Shown: positions 1-8,054, numbered from the stretch's first letter. The stretch is DNA of 20,000 bases from an uncultured virus (IMG/VR IMGVR_UViG_2579778687_000002) (IMGVR_UViG_2579778687_000002); one strand, 5' to 3'. The notes: generated by a model from the letters alone, not told the origin. Program-made: numbers and translations.

Positions 1-4
1 GCAT

Positions 5-276
5 GCCCCGGTTCGCCGGGGCTTTACCGCACTGGAGGGCAAGACGATGAGCACTCAAGCTCAAGCATTCCACCTCATGATCGAAGTCAAGTATGGCGAT
101 AGCCCGTCCTATTGGCATCCGGCTTTCGAAGCTGAGACCCAAGAGGAGGCCAACGAGCTGTTCCAGCACTTCCCCCAGGCCTACGGTGAAATTTCCCGCC
201 GCATCATGGTAGGCGCCCCTTCTACGGACTGCACAGAACTGCGGCCCTGCTAAGCAACCCGCCCCGGTTCGCCGGG
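5..276 (+). repeat. 16-bp direct repeat GCCCCGGTTCGCCGGG (5-20 and 261-276), each copy a UUCG-loop hairpin, flanking ORF 47-253
   Basis: Identical 16-mers read directly from the sequence; CCCGG-TTCG-CCGGG stem-loop; the first copy is followed by TTT. Confidence 0.85.
47..253 (+). CDS. Hypothetical phage protein (68 aa)
   Basis: ORF with a GGAGG RBS upstream, lying between the two repeated hairpins. Confidence 0.65.
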   Translation: MSTQAQAFHLMIEVKYGDSPSYWHPAFEAETQEEANELFQHFPQAYGEISRRIMVGAPSTDCTELRPC

Positions 277-317
277 ACTGCACACCAGCCCCACCGAACT
301 CTATCCGGAGACACCCG

Positions 318-530
318 ATGAAGCGAAACGCCAACCCGGCGGCGACCGTTGCTGCCTGGAATTCCGCATACCGCGTCGGCACCGAGGTCGACTACCGATT
401 CCATCGCGGCGCGGCGCCGAAGCGCACCAAGACGACAACCGAAGCCCAGCTCCTCGGCGGCCACACTGCTGTCGTCTGGCTCGCCGGCGTGTCCGGTTGC
501 GTTGCCCTTTCCCACTGCGAGCCGGCCTGA
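318..530 (+). CDS. Small phage protein (70 aa), paralog of the C-terminal domain of the downstream CsrA fusion
   Basis: GGAG RBS. Motifs PAxxVxAWNS, VDY, PxRTxT and AVVW are shared with residues ~59-123 of ORF 565-936. Confidence 0.85.
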   Translation: MKRNANPAATVAAWNSAYRVGTEVDYRFHRGAAPKRTKTTTEAQLLGGHTAVVWLAGVSGCVALSHCEPA

Positions 531-564
531 GCCCGCGCGCCCAGCATCCTGATCGGAGGCACAC

Positions 565-936
565 ATGCTGATCCTCACCCGCCGAGTCGGCGAAACCCTG
601 CATATCGGCGACAACATCACCGTCACGGTCCTCGGCAGCCAAGGCGACCAGGTGCGCCTCGGCATCACAGCCCCGGACAACGTCGCCATTCACCGCTCCG
701 AGATCTACCAGCAGATCGGCAACGTCCGTCCGGTGCCGCCGGCGGAGCTGGTCGAGGCCTGGAACAGCAGGCATTCCGGCCCGGCCACTGTCGACTATTG
801 CGCGTACCGGGACGCCACACCCGTTCGAACTCGCACGCTCGGGCTGGCGCGGCTATCCGCCGCCGGCATGGCGGTCGTGTGGGTCGAGGGCCAAGCCACG
901 CCGGTGCTGCTGCGCAACTGCACCGCTGTCTCTTGA
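565..936 (+). CDS. csrA: CsrA/RsmA-family RNA-binding protein with an extra C-terminal domain (123 aa)
   Basis: N-terminus [24 protein letters not shown]...[17 protein letters not shown] closely matches RsmA/CsrA, including Arg44; GGAGG RBS. Confidence 0.93.
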   Translation: MLILTRRVGETLHIGDNITVTVLGSQGDQVRLGITAPDNVAIHRSEIYQQIGNVRPVPPAELVEAWNSRHSGPATVDYCAYRDATPVRTRTLGLARLSAAGMAVVWVEGQATPVLLRNCTAVS

Positions 937-943
937 TCCGCTC

Positions 944-965
944 CCCTGGCGCTCCGGCGCCAGGG
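944..965. terminator. GC-rich hairpin between convergent genes (possible bidirectional terminator)
   Basis: CCCTGGCGC-TCCG-GCGCCAGGG, a perfect 9-bp stem; no clear U-tract. Confidence 0.5.
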
Positions 966-992
966 CACAATGGGAAGTGATCAAGAAGGTTC

Positions 993-1562
993 TTATTGGG
1001 AAACTAACGACTTACATCTGGACTCCATTCGCTTTCTTGCTGTTTCAGCTTTAGAAACAATTCTTAAGAGACCCTCACCATCAATTTTGTAATATATCTT
1101 TCCAGCCTTGGGAGCTATGTAATCTTCAAGATCTTTAGTCAGTTGAAAAACGTCTAAGAAATCAGCTAAATCCTCGCAATTTCTCAATTTATCCAGGTCA
1201 ACAAACTTGAACAGCTCTCTGGCATTCCTAAGCATATTCACCTGATTTTTTATTTGTTCTTCATAGACATATTCACGATGTTCTTCAACGACCTGAACAA
1301 TGATTCTCTCTGCATAATGGGCAATTGAGACCATCTTCCTAAGCCTGTTCTCTTGCTCCTCCTCACGATCTAACTCCGACTGCCTATGCTGTGTATCAGC
1401 TATATAAAACGCATAACAGATTGCCAGCACCGAACCGATAGCCTGAACCCAGGCTGCCGCGACAGAGTTTGTACCTCCATCAGCTGCAACCATAAATATA
1501 ATCGCCACAACAACCAAAAAAAGCCCAACTCCGACAACCTTAACTCCAGTCTTCCCATCCAT
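993..1562 (-). CDS. AT-rich moron: membrane protein with two N-terminal hydrophobic segments and a helical cytoplasmic domain (189 aa)
   Basis: AGGAG RBS; hydrophobic stretches VVGVGLFLVVVAIIFMVA and AAAWVQAIGSVLAICYAFYIA; markedly lower GC and opposite orientation to the backbone. Confidence 0.85.
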   Translation of the reverse strand: MDGKTGVKVVGVGLFLVVVAIIFMVAADGGTNSVAAAWVQAIGSVLAICYAFYIADTQHRQSELDREEEQENRLRKMVSIAHYAERIIVQVVEEHREYVYEEQIKNQVNMLRNARELFKFVDLDKLRNCEDLADFLDVFQLTKDLEDYIAPKAGKIYYKIDGEGLLRIVSKAETARKRMESRCKSLVSQ

Positions 1563-1703
1563 AACAAGTAACTCCTGTGTTTTTCTAATTTATATAGCAC
1601 TTTCTCCGCCCGCATTCGCATGAACGCTCCCCGCCTCCCCATCGGGCCAGCCCGGCGGCGCGAGCGTTCAGCCGAATGCAGGTGAACCACGGAGAGCATC
1701 CCG

Positions 1704-1847
1704 ATGTGGACATACCGCGAGCGCCGCAACCGCGCGGCTTTCAGCAACGCGCAACTCGCTTACGACCGTGCCGTCGACCCGCTCTGGGACCAGCCGGAAC
1801 CGGAGCCCGAGGACGAGCAGGAGGACGACGATGGCCTGGGCGAATGA
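1704..1847 (+). CDS. Small acidic-tailed hypothetical protein (47 aa, MWTYRERRNRAAF...EDEQEDDDGLGE)
   Basis: Translated by hand (below the ORF-track cutoff); GGAG RBS at ~1691; overlaps the next start. Confidence 0.7.
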   Translation: MWTYRERRNRAAFSNAQLAYDRAVDPLWDQPEPEPEDEQEDDDGLGE

Positions 1848-2052
1848 ACGCGCGGTGCTGATGATCGAGGAAGGCATTACGGCGATGCGCCGATCACCGT
1901 TCCCGCGCCCGGACCAGAAGTTCGTCCACGGCCAAATTGAACTGGCCTATGCGGTCGGCTTCATCGACACCCGTATTTACGACGACATGCGCCACCGGCT
2001 CGACGCCGCGTCGGACGCCCGCTGGGCAGAACTCAGGAGCACTCGGGTATGA
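1831..2052 (+). CDS. Hypothetical phage protein (73 aa, MAWANERAVLM...)
   Basis: AGGAGG RBS before ATG 1831; ATGA overlap with the next gene. Confidence 0.75.
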   Translation: MAWANERAVLMIEEGITAMRRSPFPRPDQKFVHGQIELAYAVGFIDTRIYDDMRHRLDAASDARWAELRSTRV

Positions 2053-2420
2053 ATCCAATCACCCGCTTTCAAGTCCGGGCCGGCCGAGACGCAGCTAGCC
2101 GCTGTGAGTTCGTTCGGGAAACGAAGGCCTACTACGTTCGAGCCGACGGCACGCGCATCGCGAAGCGCGCTGATTGGTACAGGTTCTACGCCACCGAACA
2201 GGAAGCGCAGTCTGCAATCGAGCGCGACAACCGCAAGCGGGCGGAACGCGCAGCACGGCGGCGCGTTGAAAGCTACGGCCCCGAATTACTCATCGCCCTG
2301 GAGCAGGCGTACTGCGCGCTGGTCGGCTATCTGCCGCACCATCGCAACGCGATCACAACTGCGGCGATCGAGGCGGCCCGAAGCGCAATCGACAAAGCCA
2401 AGGGAGGGGCCTCCGCATGA
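2049..2420 (+). CDS. Hypothetical phage protein (123 aa)
   Basis: AGGAG RBS; coupled on both sides by ATGA overlaps. Confidence 0.75.
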   Translation: MNPITRFQVRAGRDAASRCEFVRETKAYYVRADGTRIAKRADWYRFYATEQEAQSAIERDNRKRAERAARRRVESYGPELLIALEQAYCALVGYLPHHRNAITTAAIEAARSAIDKAKGGASA

Positions 2421-2536
2421 AGCCAAATGCGACTGGCGCCCGCCGGGCGCTCACCGAAGTTGCGTCGGCCATCGGCGTGCTGGCCCTGGTGGCTCCGTTC
2501 TACGGCTGGCTGATCTACAGGATGCTCCCGACATGA
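2417..2536 (+). CDS. Small single-TM protein (39 aa, MKPNATGARRALTEVASAIGVLALVAPFYGWLIYRMLPT)
   Basis: Translated by hand; GGAGG RBS; ATGA overlaps at both ends; hydrophobic core. Confidence 0.7.
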   Translation: MKPNATGARRALTEVASAIGVLALVAPFYGWLIYRMLPT

Positions 2537-2670
2537 ACGCGAAGCGCAAAGCCATCTGGTACGGCGCCCTCGGCGCAGCCGCTCTCTACATCATCCTGAT
2601 GCTCGGACCAGCTATCGGCGGCCGCATCACTGCAGAACACCCCGCTACGGCACCAACCGCCGCTAAGTGA
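2533..2670 (+). CDS. Small single-TM protein (45 aa, MNAKRKAIWYGALGAAALYIILMLGPAIGG...)
   Basis: ATGA overlap with the previous ORF; basic N-terminus followed by a hydrophobic helix. Confidence 0.7.
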   Translation: MNAKRKAIWYGALGAAALYIILMLGPAIGGRITAEHPATAPTAAK

Positions 2671-2690
2671 TCCCAATTACCGGAGAAACC

Positions 2691-3389
2691 ATGGACGACA
2701 CCATCCTCATTTACCGCGCGACCTACGGCACTCCCGAGCAAGTCGCCCAGCTCTACGCGGCCTTCGCGAAAGCTCAGGGGGCATTCGAGCCGATCGCAAA
2801 AAACCGCGAAGTCGAAATTCCCATCAAAGACAAAAACACCGGCGCGCAACGCGGTTCCTACAAGTTCCGCTACGCCGATCTCGAGGAAATCAACAGCAAG
2901 ACCCGAAAACCGCTCAGCGAAAACGGCCTGGGCACTATGCAGTCGATCGGGCGCAGCACCACGACCACCGGGACCTCGATCTACACGCGCCTGACCCACG
3001 CCGGCGGCGCCTGTATCGAGGATGAAATCCCTCTCCCCGCGCAAGACAAACGCGACATCAAGGACTACGGCGCGATCGTGTCCTACCTCCGCCGCTACGC
3101 CAAGACCGCGCTGCTGGACATCGCCGCCGACGACGACCTCGACGCCAACGGTGACCGGGACGACGACACCCAACCGGGCGCACAGGCAGAGCAGCAGCCG
3201 GAGGGCAACGGCAAACCGTCGTACCCGGACGAGAAGCTGGAGAAGATGCTGCCGCAATGGCGAAACCTCATCACCAGCGGCAAGAAGACCGCCGACCAGG
3301 TTATCGCCACGGTCAGCAGCGGCAACACCCTATCCCCCCAACAGGTCGAGAAGATCCGCGGCCTGGTCACCGTAGGAGCATCCGCATGA
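2691..3389 (+). CDS. erf: ERF-family single-strand annealing protein
   Basis: ERF motifs AFAKAQGAF..IAKN, YKFRYADLEEI, PLSENGL and GAIVSYLRRYA...IAADDDLD; GGAG RBS before ATG 2691. Confidence 0.9.
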   Translation: MDDTILIYRATYGTPEQVAQLYAAFAKAQGAFEPIAKNREVEIPIKDKNTGAQRGSYKFRYADLEEINSKTRKPLSENGLGTMQSIGRSTTTTGTSIYTRLTHAGGACIEDEIPLPAQDKRDIKDYGAIVSYLRRYAKTALLDIAADDDLDANGDRDDDTQPGAQAEQQPEGNGKPSYPDEKLEKMLPQWRNLITSGKKTADQVIATVSSGNTLSPQQVEKIRGLVTVGASA

Positions 3390-5023
3390 TCATCCACAAC
3401 GTAGTCCAAGGCTCGCCGGAATGGCACGCGCTGCGTGCCCAGCACTTCACCGCTTCCGAGGCTCCGGCCATGATGGGCGCCTCGAAGTACCAGTCGCGCA
3501 GCGACCTACTAAAGCAGAAGAAGACCGGCCTGGCCGCCGAGGTCAGCCAGCACCAGCAGGCGCTGTTCAACCGCGGTCATGCCGCTGAAGCTGCCGCCCG
3601 GCTGATCGTCGAGGAGATGATCGGCGAGGAGCTGTACCCGGTCACCGCAACCGAGGGCAACTTGCTGGCGAGCATGGACGGCATGGACATGGCCGAGACC
3701 GTCCTGTTCGAGCACAAGCTGTGGAATGCCAACCTCGTCGCCCAGGTCCGCGCTGGCGAACTGGAGCCGCACTACTACTGGCAGTTGGAACAGCAGTTGC
3801 TGGTCAGCGCCGCCGAGCGCGTGATCTTCGTCTGCTCCGACGGCACCCGCGCCAACTTCGTTCACATGGAATACCGCCCGGTCGCCGGCCGCGCCGAAGC
3901 GCTGCAGGCTGGCTGGCGCCAGTTCGCCGCCGACCTCGAGGCCTTCGAAGTCGAGGCGCCCAAGGCCGAAGCCGTGGGCCGCGCGCCGGAGCACCTGCCG
4001 GCCCTGCGCATCAAGGTCACCGGCATGGTCGAGGCCAGCAACCTGGCAGAATTCAAGGCCACCGCCCTGGGCGTGCTGGCCAAGATCAACACCGACCTGA
4101 CCACCGATCAGCACTTCGCCGACGCGGCGCTGACCGTGAAGTGGTGCGAGAACGTCGAGGAGCGCCTGGAGGCGGCGAAGCAGCATGCGCTGAGTCAGAC
4201 GGCCTCGATCGACGAGCTGTTCCGCACCATCGACGAGATCGCCGCGGAAACGCGGAACAAGCGTCTGACGCTGAAGAAGCTGGTCGATACTCAGAAGGAA
4301 GCCATCCGCTTGAAGATCAAGGGCAAGGCCGAGCAGGACTTCTGCGACTACGTGGCGGCCATCAACCAGCGCCTGGGCAAGGTGCAACTGCCGGTCATCC
4401 CTGTCGACTTCGCCAACGCCATCAAGGGCAAGAAGACGATCACCGGACTGCAGGATGGCGCCAACGGCGAGTTGGCCCGAGCGAAGATCGAGGCCGACAA
4501 GTGGGCCACGCTCATCGAGCAGAACCTGGCCAGCCTGCGCGAACTGGCGACCGACCACGCCTTCCTGTTCAGCGATGCGCAGCAGTTGGTGCTGAAGGCC
4601 AACGACGACCTGATGCTGCTGATCAACGCGCGCATCGCCGAGCACCAGGCGGAAGAGGAGCGCCGCCTCGAGGCCGAACGCGAACGCATCCGCGAAGAGG
4701 AGCGCCAGCGCCTGGAACTCGAGCAGCAGGAAGCCGCTACCGCGCAGCAACCGGATCCCGTAGCCGAGCCGGAGCCAGTTCCCGCTGCACCGGCCCCTGC
4801 CCGCGCCGCCGGACGCTCTCGCACTGCGACTGCACCGACCACCCAATGGATCGCCCGCGTCACCGACAAGTCCGCGCTCATCGCAGCGATTGCCGCGGGC
4901 CACACCACCGAGGACCTGCTGATCATCAACCAGCCGGCCCTGGACAGCCTGGCCAACAGCAATGGCCAAACGCTGAACCTACCGGGCGTGATCGTCGAGA
5001 AGGCACCCGCGAAAGCGGCCTGA
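3386..5023 (+). CDS. YqaJ/lambda-exonuclease-like recombinase with a long coiled-coil C-terminal extension (545 aa)
   Basis: QGSPEWHALR..FTASE, GHAAE, ASMDG, EHK and YYWQLEQQ motifs; ATGA overlap with erf, AGGAG RBS. Confidence 0.9.
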   Translation: MIIHNVVQGSPEWHALRAQHFTASEAPAMMGASKYQSRSDLLKQKKTGLAAEVSQHQQALFNRGHAAEAAARLIVEEMIGEELYPVTATEGNLLASMDGMDMAETVLFEHKLWNANLVAQVRAGELEPHYYWQLEQQLLVSAAERVIFVCSDGTRANFVHMEYRPVAGRAEALQAGWRQFAADLEAFEVEAPKAEAVGRAPEHLPALRIKVTGMVEASNLAEFKATALGVLAKINTDLTTDQHFADAALTVKWCENVEERLEAAKQHALSQTASIDELFRTIDEIAAETRNKRLTLKKLVDTQKEAIRLKIKGKAEQDFCDYVAAINQRLGKVQLPVIPVDFANAIKGKKTITGLQDGANGELARAKIEADKWATLIEQNLASLRELATDHAFLFSDAQQLVLKANDDLMLLINARIAEHQAEEERRLEAERERIREEERQRLELEQQEAATAQQPDPVAEPEPVPAAPAPARAAGRSRTATAPTTQWIARVTDKSALIAAIAAGHTTEDLLIINQPALDSLANSNGQTLNLPGVIVEKAPAKAA

Positions 5024-5144
5024 CCATCCCCTCCGCCTGCCCCCTCTCCCTCGAACCGCCTGCGCCGGCGCCCGCCGCCGGTGCGGCATCCGGGTGCGCG
5101 TTCATCGAGCGCGCAGCCTGATGCCCAACCACTGAGGACAGACC

Positions 5145-5750
5145 ATGCTCACCAACATTTTCGACTTCGAAACGACGGGTATTCCCGAGTGGAAGTTGCC
5201 CAGTGAAGACCCGTGCCAGCCCCACATCGTAGAAGTTGCCGCTCTGCTCTGCGATGCCGCCGGCAACACCATCGATCGCTTTGAGGCGATCGTGCGACCC
5301 AACGGCTGGGAAATCACCCCCGAAATGACAGCGATCCACGGCATCAGCCACGAACAGGCGATGGATGTTGGCATCAGCGAGGCCGAGGCTCTGGAGGGCT
5401 TTCTTGCGATCAACGGCCGCGCAGCCCGCCGCGCGGCGCACAACATCAGCTTCGACGACCGTATCACTCGCATCGCGCTGATGCGCTACCAGGACGAGGA
5501 TGCGGCCAACGCCTTCAAGGAATCGGGTGAGAAGTTCTGCACCTGCTATCGCTCCCGCGCACAGGTCGCGCTTCCCCGCAACAAGCTGCCGACCTTGGCC
5601 GAGGCATACAAGCACTTCACCGGGGAGGACCTGGTGGAGGCTCACCGCGCTATGCCGGACGCCCAAGCCTGCGCCCGCATCTACTTCGCTTTGCAGGGAG
5701 TCGATGTGGCGCCGGCCAGTTCGGTGCCGCCGGCTGAGGCGGAGGCCTGA
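5145..5750 (+). CDS. DEDDh 3'-5' exonuclease (DnaQ/epsilon-like)
   Basis: ExoI DFETTG, ExoII AHNISFD, ExoIII HRAMPDA. Confidence 0.92.
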   Translation: MLTNIFDFETTGIPEWKLPSEDPCQPHIVEVAALLCDAAGNTIDRFEAIVRPNGWEITPEMTAIHGISHEQAMDVGISEAEALEGFLAINGRAARRAAHNISFDDRITRIALMRYQDEDAANAFKESGEKFCTCYRSRAQVALPRNKLPTLAEAYKHFTGEDLVEAHRAMPDAQACARIYFALQGVDVAPASSVPPAEAEA

Positions 5751-5753
5751 GCC

Positions 5754-6251
5754 ATGGCACGCGGAGTGAACAAGGTAATCCTGGTCGGCCATCTGGGCCA
5801 GGATCCAGACGCAAGATCTACCCCGGGCGGAAAGGCGGTCACCTCCCTCAGTCTGGCCACTAGCGAAAGCTGGAAAGACAAGCAGACCGGCCAGCAGCAG
5901 GAGCGCACCGAGTGGCACCGGGTCGTGCTCTTTGGCCGGCTGGTCGAAATCGCAGCGCAATACCTGCGAAAGGGCTCCCAGGTCTACATCGAAGGCAGCC
6001 TACGCACCCGCAAGTGGCAGGGCCAGGACGGCCAGGACCACTACAGCACCGAGGTAGTGGTCGACATCAACGGCAACATGCAACTGCTCGGCGGCAAGCC
6101 TGAGCAGGCAGGCCAGTCGCGTGGCCCTGGCCGCGAGCCGCCACCGCGGCCGACCACTCACCACCAGCCGCAACCGGCAACCGACTACGACAGCTACGAC
6201 GACGACATTCCGTTCGATGACCCCTATCGCCTGCTCTGGCGTCTCGTGTAA
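5754..6251 (+). CDS. ssb: Single-stranded DNA-binding protein (phage copy)
   Basis: [18 protein letters not shown]...ATSESWKDK...TEWHRVV...[18 protein letters not shown]; acidic DDDIPF near the C-terminus. Confidence 0.96.
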   Translation: MARGVNKVILVGHLGQDPDARSTPGGKAVTSLSLATSESWKDKQTGQQQERTEWHRVVLFGRLVEIAAQYLRKGSQVYIEGSLRTRKWQGQDGQDHYSTEVVVDINGNMQLLGGKPEQAGQSRGPGREPPPRPTTHHQPQPATDYDSYDDDIPFDDPYRLLWRLV

Positions 6252-6277
6252 GCGCCAGGCCACCCAGGAGACACCCC

Positions 6278-7498
6278 ATGTGGTTCCGCAACCTGCAAAT
6301 CTACCGCCTCACCCAAGACCTGCAAATCGACGCCGCGGCGCTGGAGCAGGCCCTGGCCAGCAAGCCGGCACGCCCCTGCGAAAGCCAGGAACTGACCACC
6401 TACGGCTTCGCCGCTCCGTTCGGCAAGGGCCCGAACGCACCGCTGGTGCACGCCAGCCGCGGCTTCCTGCTCATCTCCACCCGAAAGCAGGAGCGCCTGC
6501 TGCCCGACAGCGTAGTGCGCGACGAACTGGCCGAGAAGGTCGAGCAAATCGAAACCGACCAGATGCGCAAGGTGTTCAAGAAGGAGCGCGACCAGCTCAA
6601 GGACGAGATCGTCCAGACGCTGCTGCCACGGGCTTTCATTCGCAAGTCCAGCACGTTCGCCGCGCTGGACCTTGAGCAAGGCCTGGTGCTGATCGACACC
6701 AACAGCGCAAAGAAGGCCGAGGACCTACTGTCCACCCTGCGCGAAGCCCTGGGCTCGCTGCCGGTACGCCCGCTCAGCGTGAAGGTCGCGCCCAGTGCAA
6801 CCCTCACCGACTGGATGAAGGACCAGGCCGCCGGCGGCGACTTCCACGTGCTGGACAGCGCGGTACTCGCCGACACCCACGAGGACGGCGGCAAGGTCGT
6901 GGCCACCCGCCAGGACATGACCAGCGAGGAAATGCAGTTACACCTGTCCTCCGGGAAGCTGGTCACCCAGGTGGCCCTGGCCTGGTCGGACAAGCTCAGC
7001 TTCGTGCTCGACACCAAGCTGGCGATCAAGCGCCTGCGCTTCGACGACCTGCTGCAGGAGCAGGCTGAGAAGGACGGCGGCGACGATGCCGCCGGCCAGC
7101 TCGACGCCAGCTTCGTCCTGATGATGCTCACCTTCCGCGAGTTCATACCGCAACTGCTGGAGGCCTTGGGCGGCGAAGAGTTCCCGCAGGGAATCGACGG
7201 TGCGTACGATGAGCCCGAGCCAGCGCCTGGCGCCGGCATCGACGTAACCAAGGCGCTAGGGATGCGCGACGGTATCACCGCGACCCTCCATATCCCCCAG
7301 GTCAACGGGCCCGGTGACGACCCGCTGCTGAAGGAGGCCATCCGCTTCGTCCGCGAGACGCGCCGCGCTTCGATCTCCGCCATCCAGCGCAAACTCAAGA
7401 TCGGCTACAACCGCGCGGCACGCCTGGTAGAGGAAATGGAATTGCTGGATATCGTCGGGCCGATGCAGGGAGACGGATCTCGCGAGGTTCTGTCGTGA
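6278..7498 (+). CDS. rdgC: Recombination-associated protein RdgC fused to a C-terminal FtsK gamma (winged-helix) domain
   Basis: Rdg[28 protein letters not shown]. FtsK-gamma-like C-terminus: [50 protein letters not shown]. Confidence 0.92.
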   Translation: MWFRNLQIYRLTQDLQIDAAALEQALASKPARPCESQELTTYGFAAPFGKGPNAPLVHASRGFLLISTRKQERLLPDSVVRDELAEKVEQIETDQMRKVFKKERDQLKDEIVQTLLPRAFIRKSSTFAALDLEQGLVLIDTNSAKKAEDLLSTLREALGSLPVRPLSVKVAPSATLTDWMKDQAAGGDFHVLDSAVLADTHEDGGKVVATRQDMTSEEMQLHLSSGKLVTQVALAWSDKLSFVLDTKLAIKRLRFDDLLQEQAEKDGGDDAAGQLDASFVLMMLTFREFIPQLLEALGGEEFPQGIDGAYDEPEPAPGAGIDVTKALGMRDGITATLHIPQVNGPGDDPLLKEAIRFVRETRRASISAIQRKLKIGYNRAARLVEEMELLDIVGPMQGDGSREVLS

Positions 7499-7593
7499 AG
7501 TCGCCCCCATCGACGATGCAGAACGAAACGCTCGGGCACATCCGAGCGTTCTGGGCGGAGAAAGGCCACACGTGCAGCATTCGGTTTCAGTAG
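7495..7593 (+). pseudogene. Probable truncated N-terminus of a LexA-type wHTH gene (32 codons)
   Basis: GTGA overlap with the rdgC stop. [24 protein letters not shown] resembles helix 1 of the LexA DNA-binding domain, then stops just before the end of the moron. Confidence 0.4.
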
Positions 7594-7603
7594 AGACGGC
7601 GAG

Positions 7604-7918
7604 TTACAACCCCTTTTGAAGTGAGCGCTTGGCATGCGCGACTATGCCGGCCTTGAGCATTTCTGCCCAACTCTCGAAAGGAGTCTCACTACGGACATAA
7701 GCGTCCCATGGCTCGTCTGGAATCGCCCGTAGATCTTCCGCAGTTTCAACCTTATAACCGGCACCACGAGCAAACTCGTCGAAATTCGCAAACTTGCTGT
7801 TAGACGAAATAAAGCTGGGACTCATGATCTCGCTAAACGGCACTTGATGCGTGCCATCGAGTTGCTTGAGGTTTTGCTGCAGACGCTTCAGGCCAGACAG
7901 ATTCATCTTGATAGGCAT
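7604..7918 (-). CDS. Moron, hypothetical protein (104 aa, MPIKMNLSGLKRLQQNLKQL...)
   Basis: GGGGGA RBS before ATG 7918; lower GC; antisense to the backbone. Confidence 0.8.
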   Translation of the reverse strand: MPIKMNLSGLKRLQQNLKQLDGTHQVPFSEIMSPSFISSNSKFANFDEFARGAGYKVETAEDLRAIPDEPWDAYVRSETPFESWAEMLKAGIVAHAKRSLQKGL

Positions 7919-8054
7919 AGATCCCCCTAGTTGGTCAAGTAATAGCACCGTGACTTCACCATCGAGTTTTAGGGCAATCGATCTGCATTTCAAGCTCAGT
8001 TTATTCCTCTAGGTCGTGGTCACCAGCTCCAGGCTGCGGCCTGACCCTCGATAC

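Noticed and set aside
47..2670. Small early genes as an anti-CRISPR cluster
   Set aside because: No recognisable Acr sequence and no adjacent Aca-type HTH gene; cannot be supported without searches.
3257..3385. Upstream extension of the YqaJ ORF given in the track
   Set aside because: Overlaps erf out of frame; the ATG at 3386 has an RBS and ATGA coupling.
3509..4969. Long antisense and alternate-frame ORFs (486 aa minus, 466 aa plus; likewise 6400-7398, 8306-9433, 9334-10350, 13987-15027, 19440-19994)
   Set aside because: Shadow ORFs of well-supported GC-rich genes; low-complexity R/A/G/P composition and no motifs.
1594..7948. Shared GTGCTAT upstream of two antisense morons (1594-1600 and 7942-7948, minus strand)
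   Set aside because: Only 7 bp; plausibly just generic extended -10 elements.
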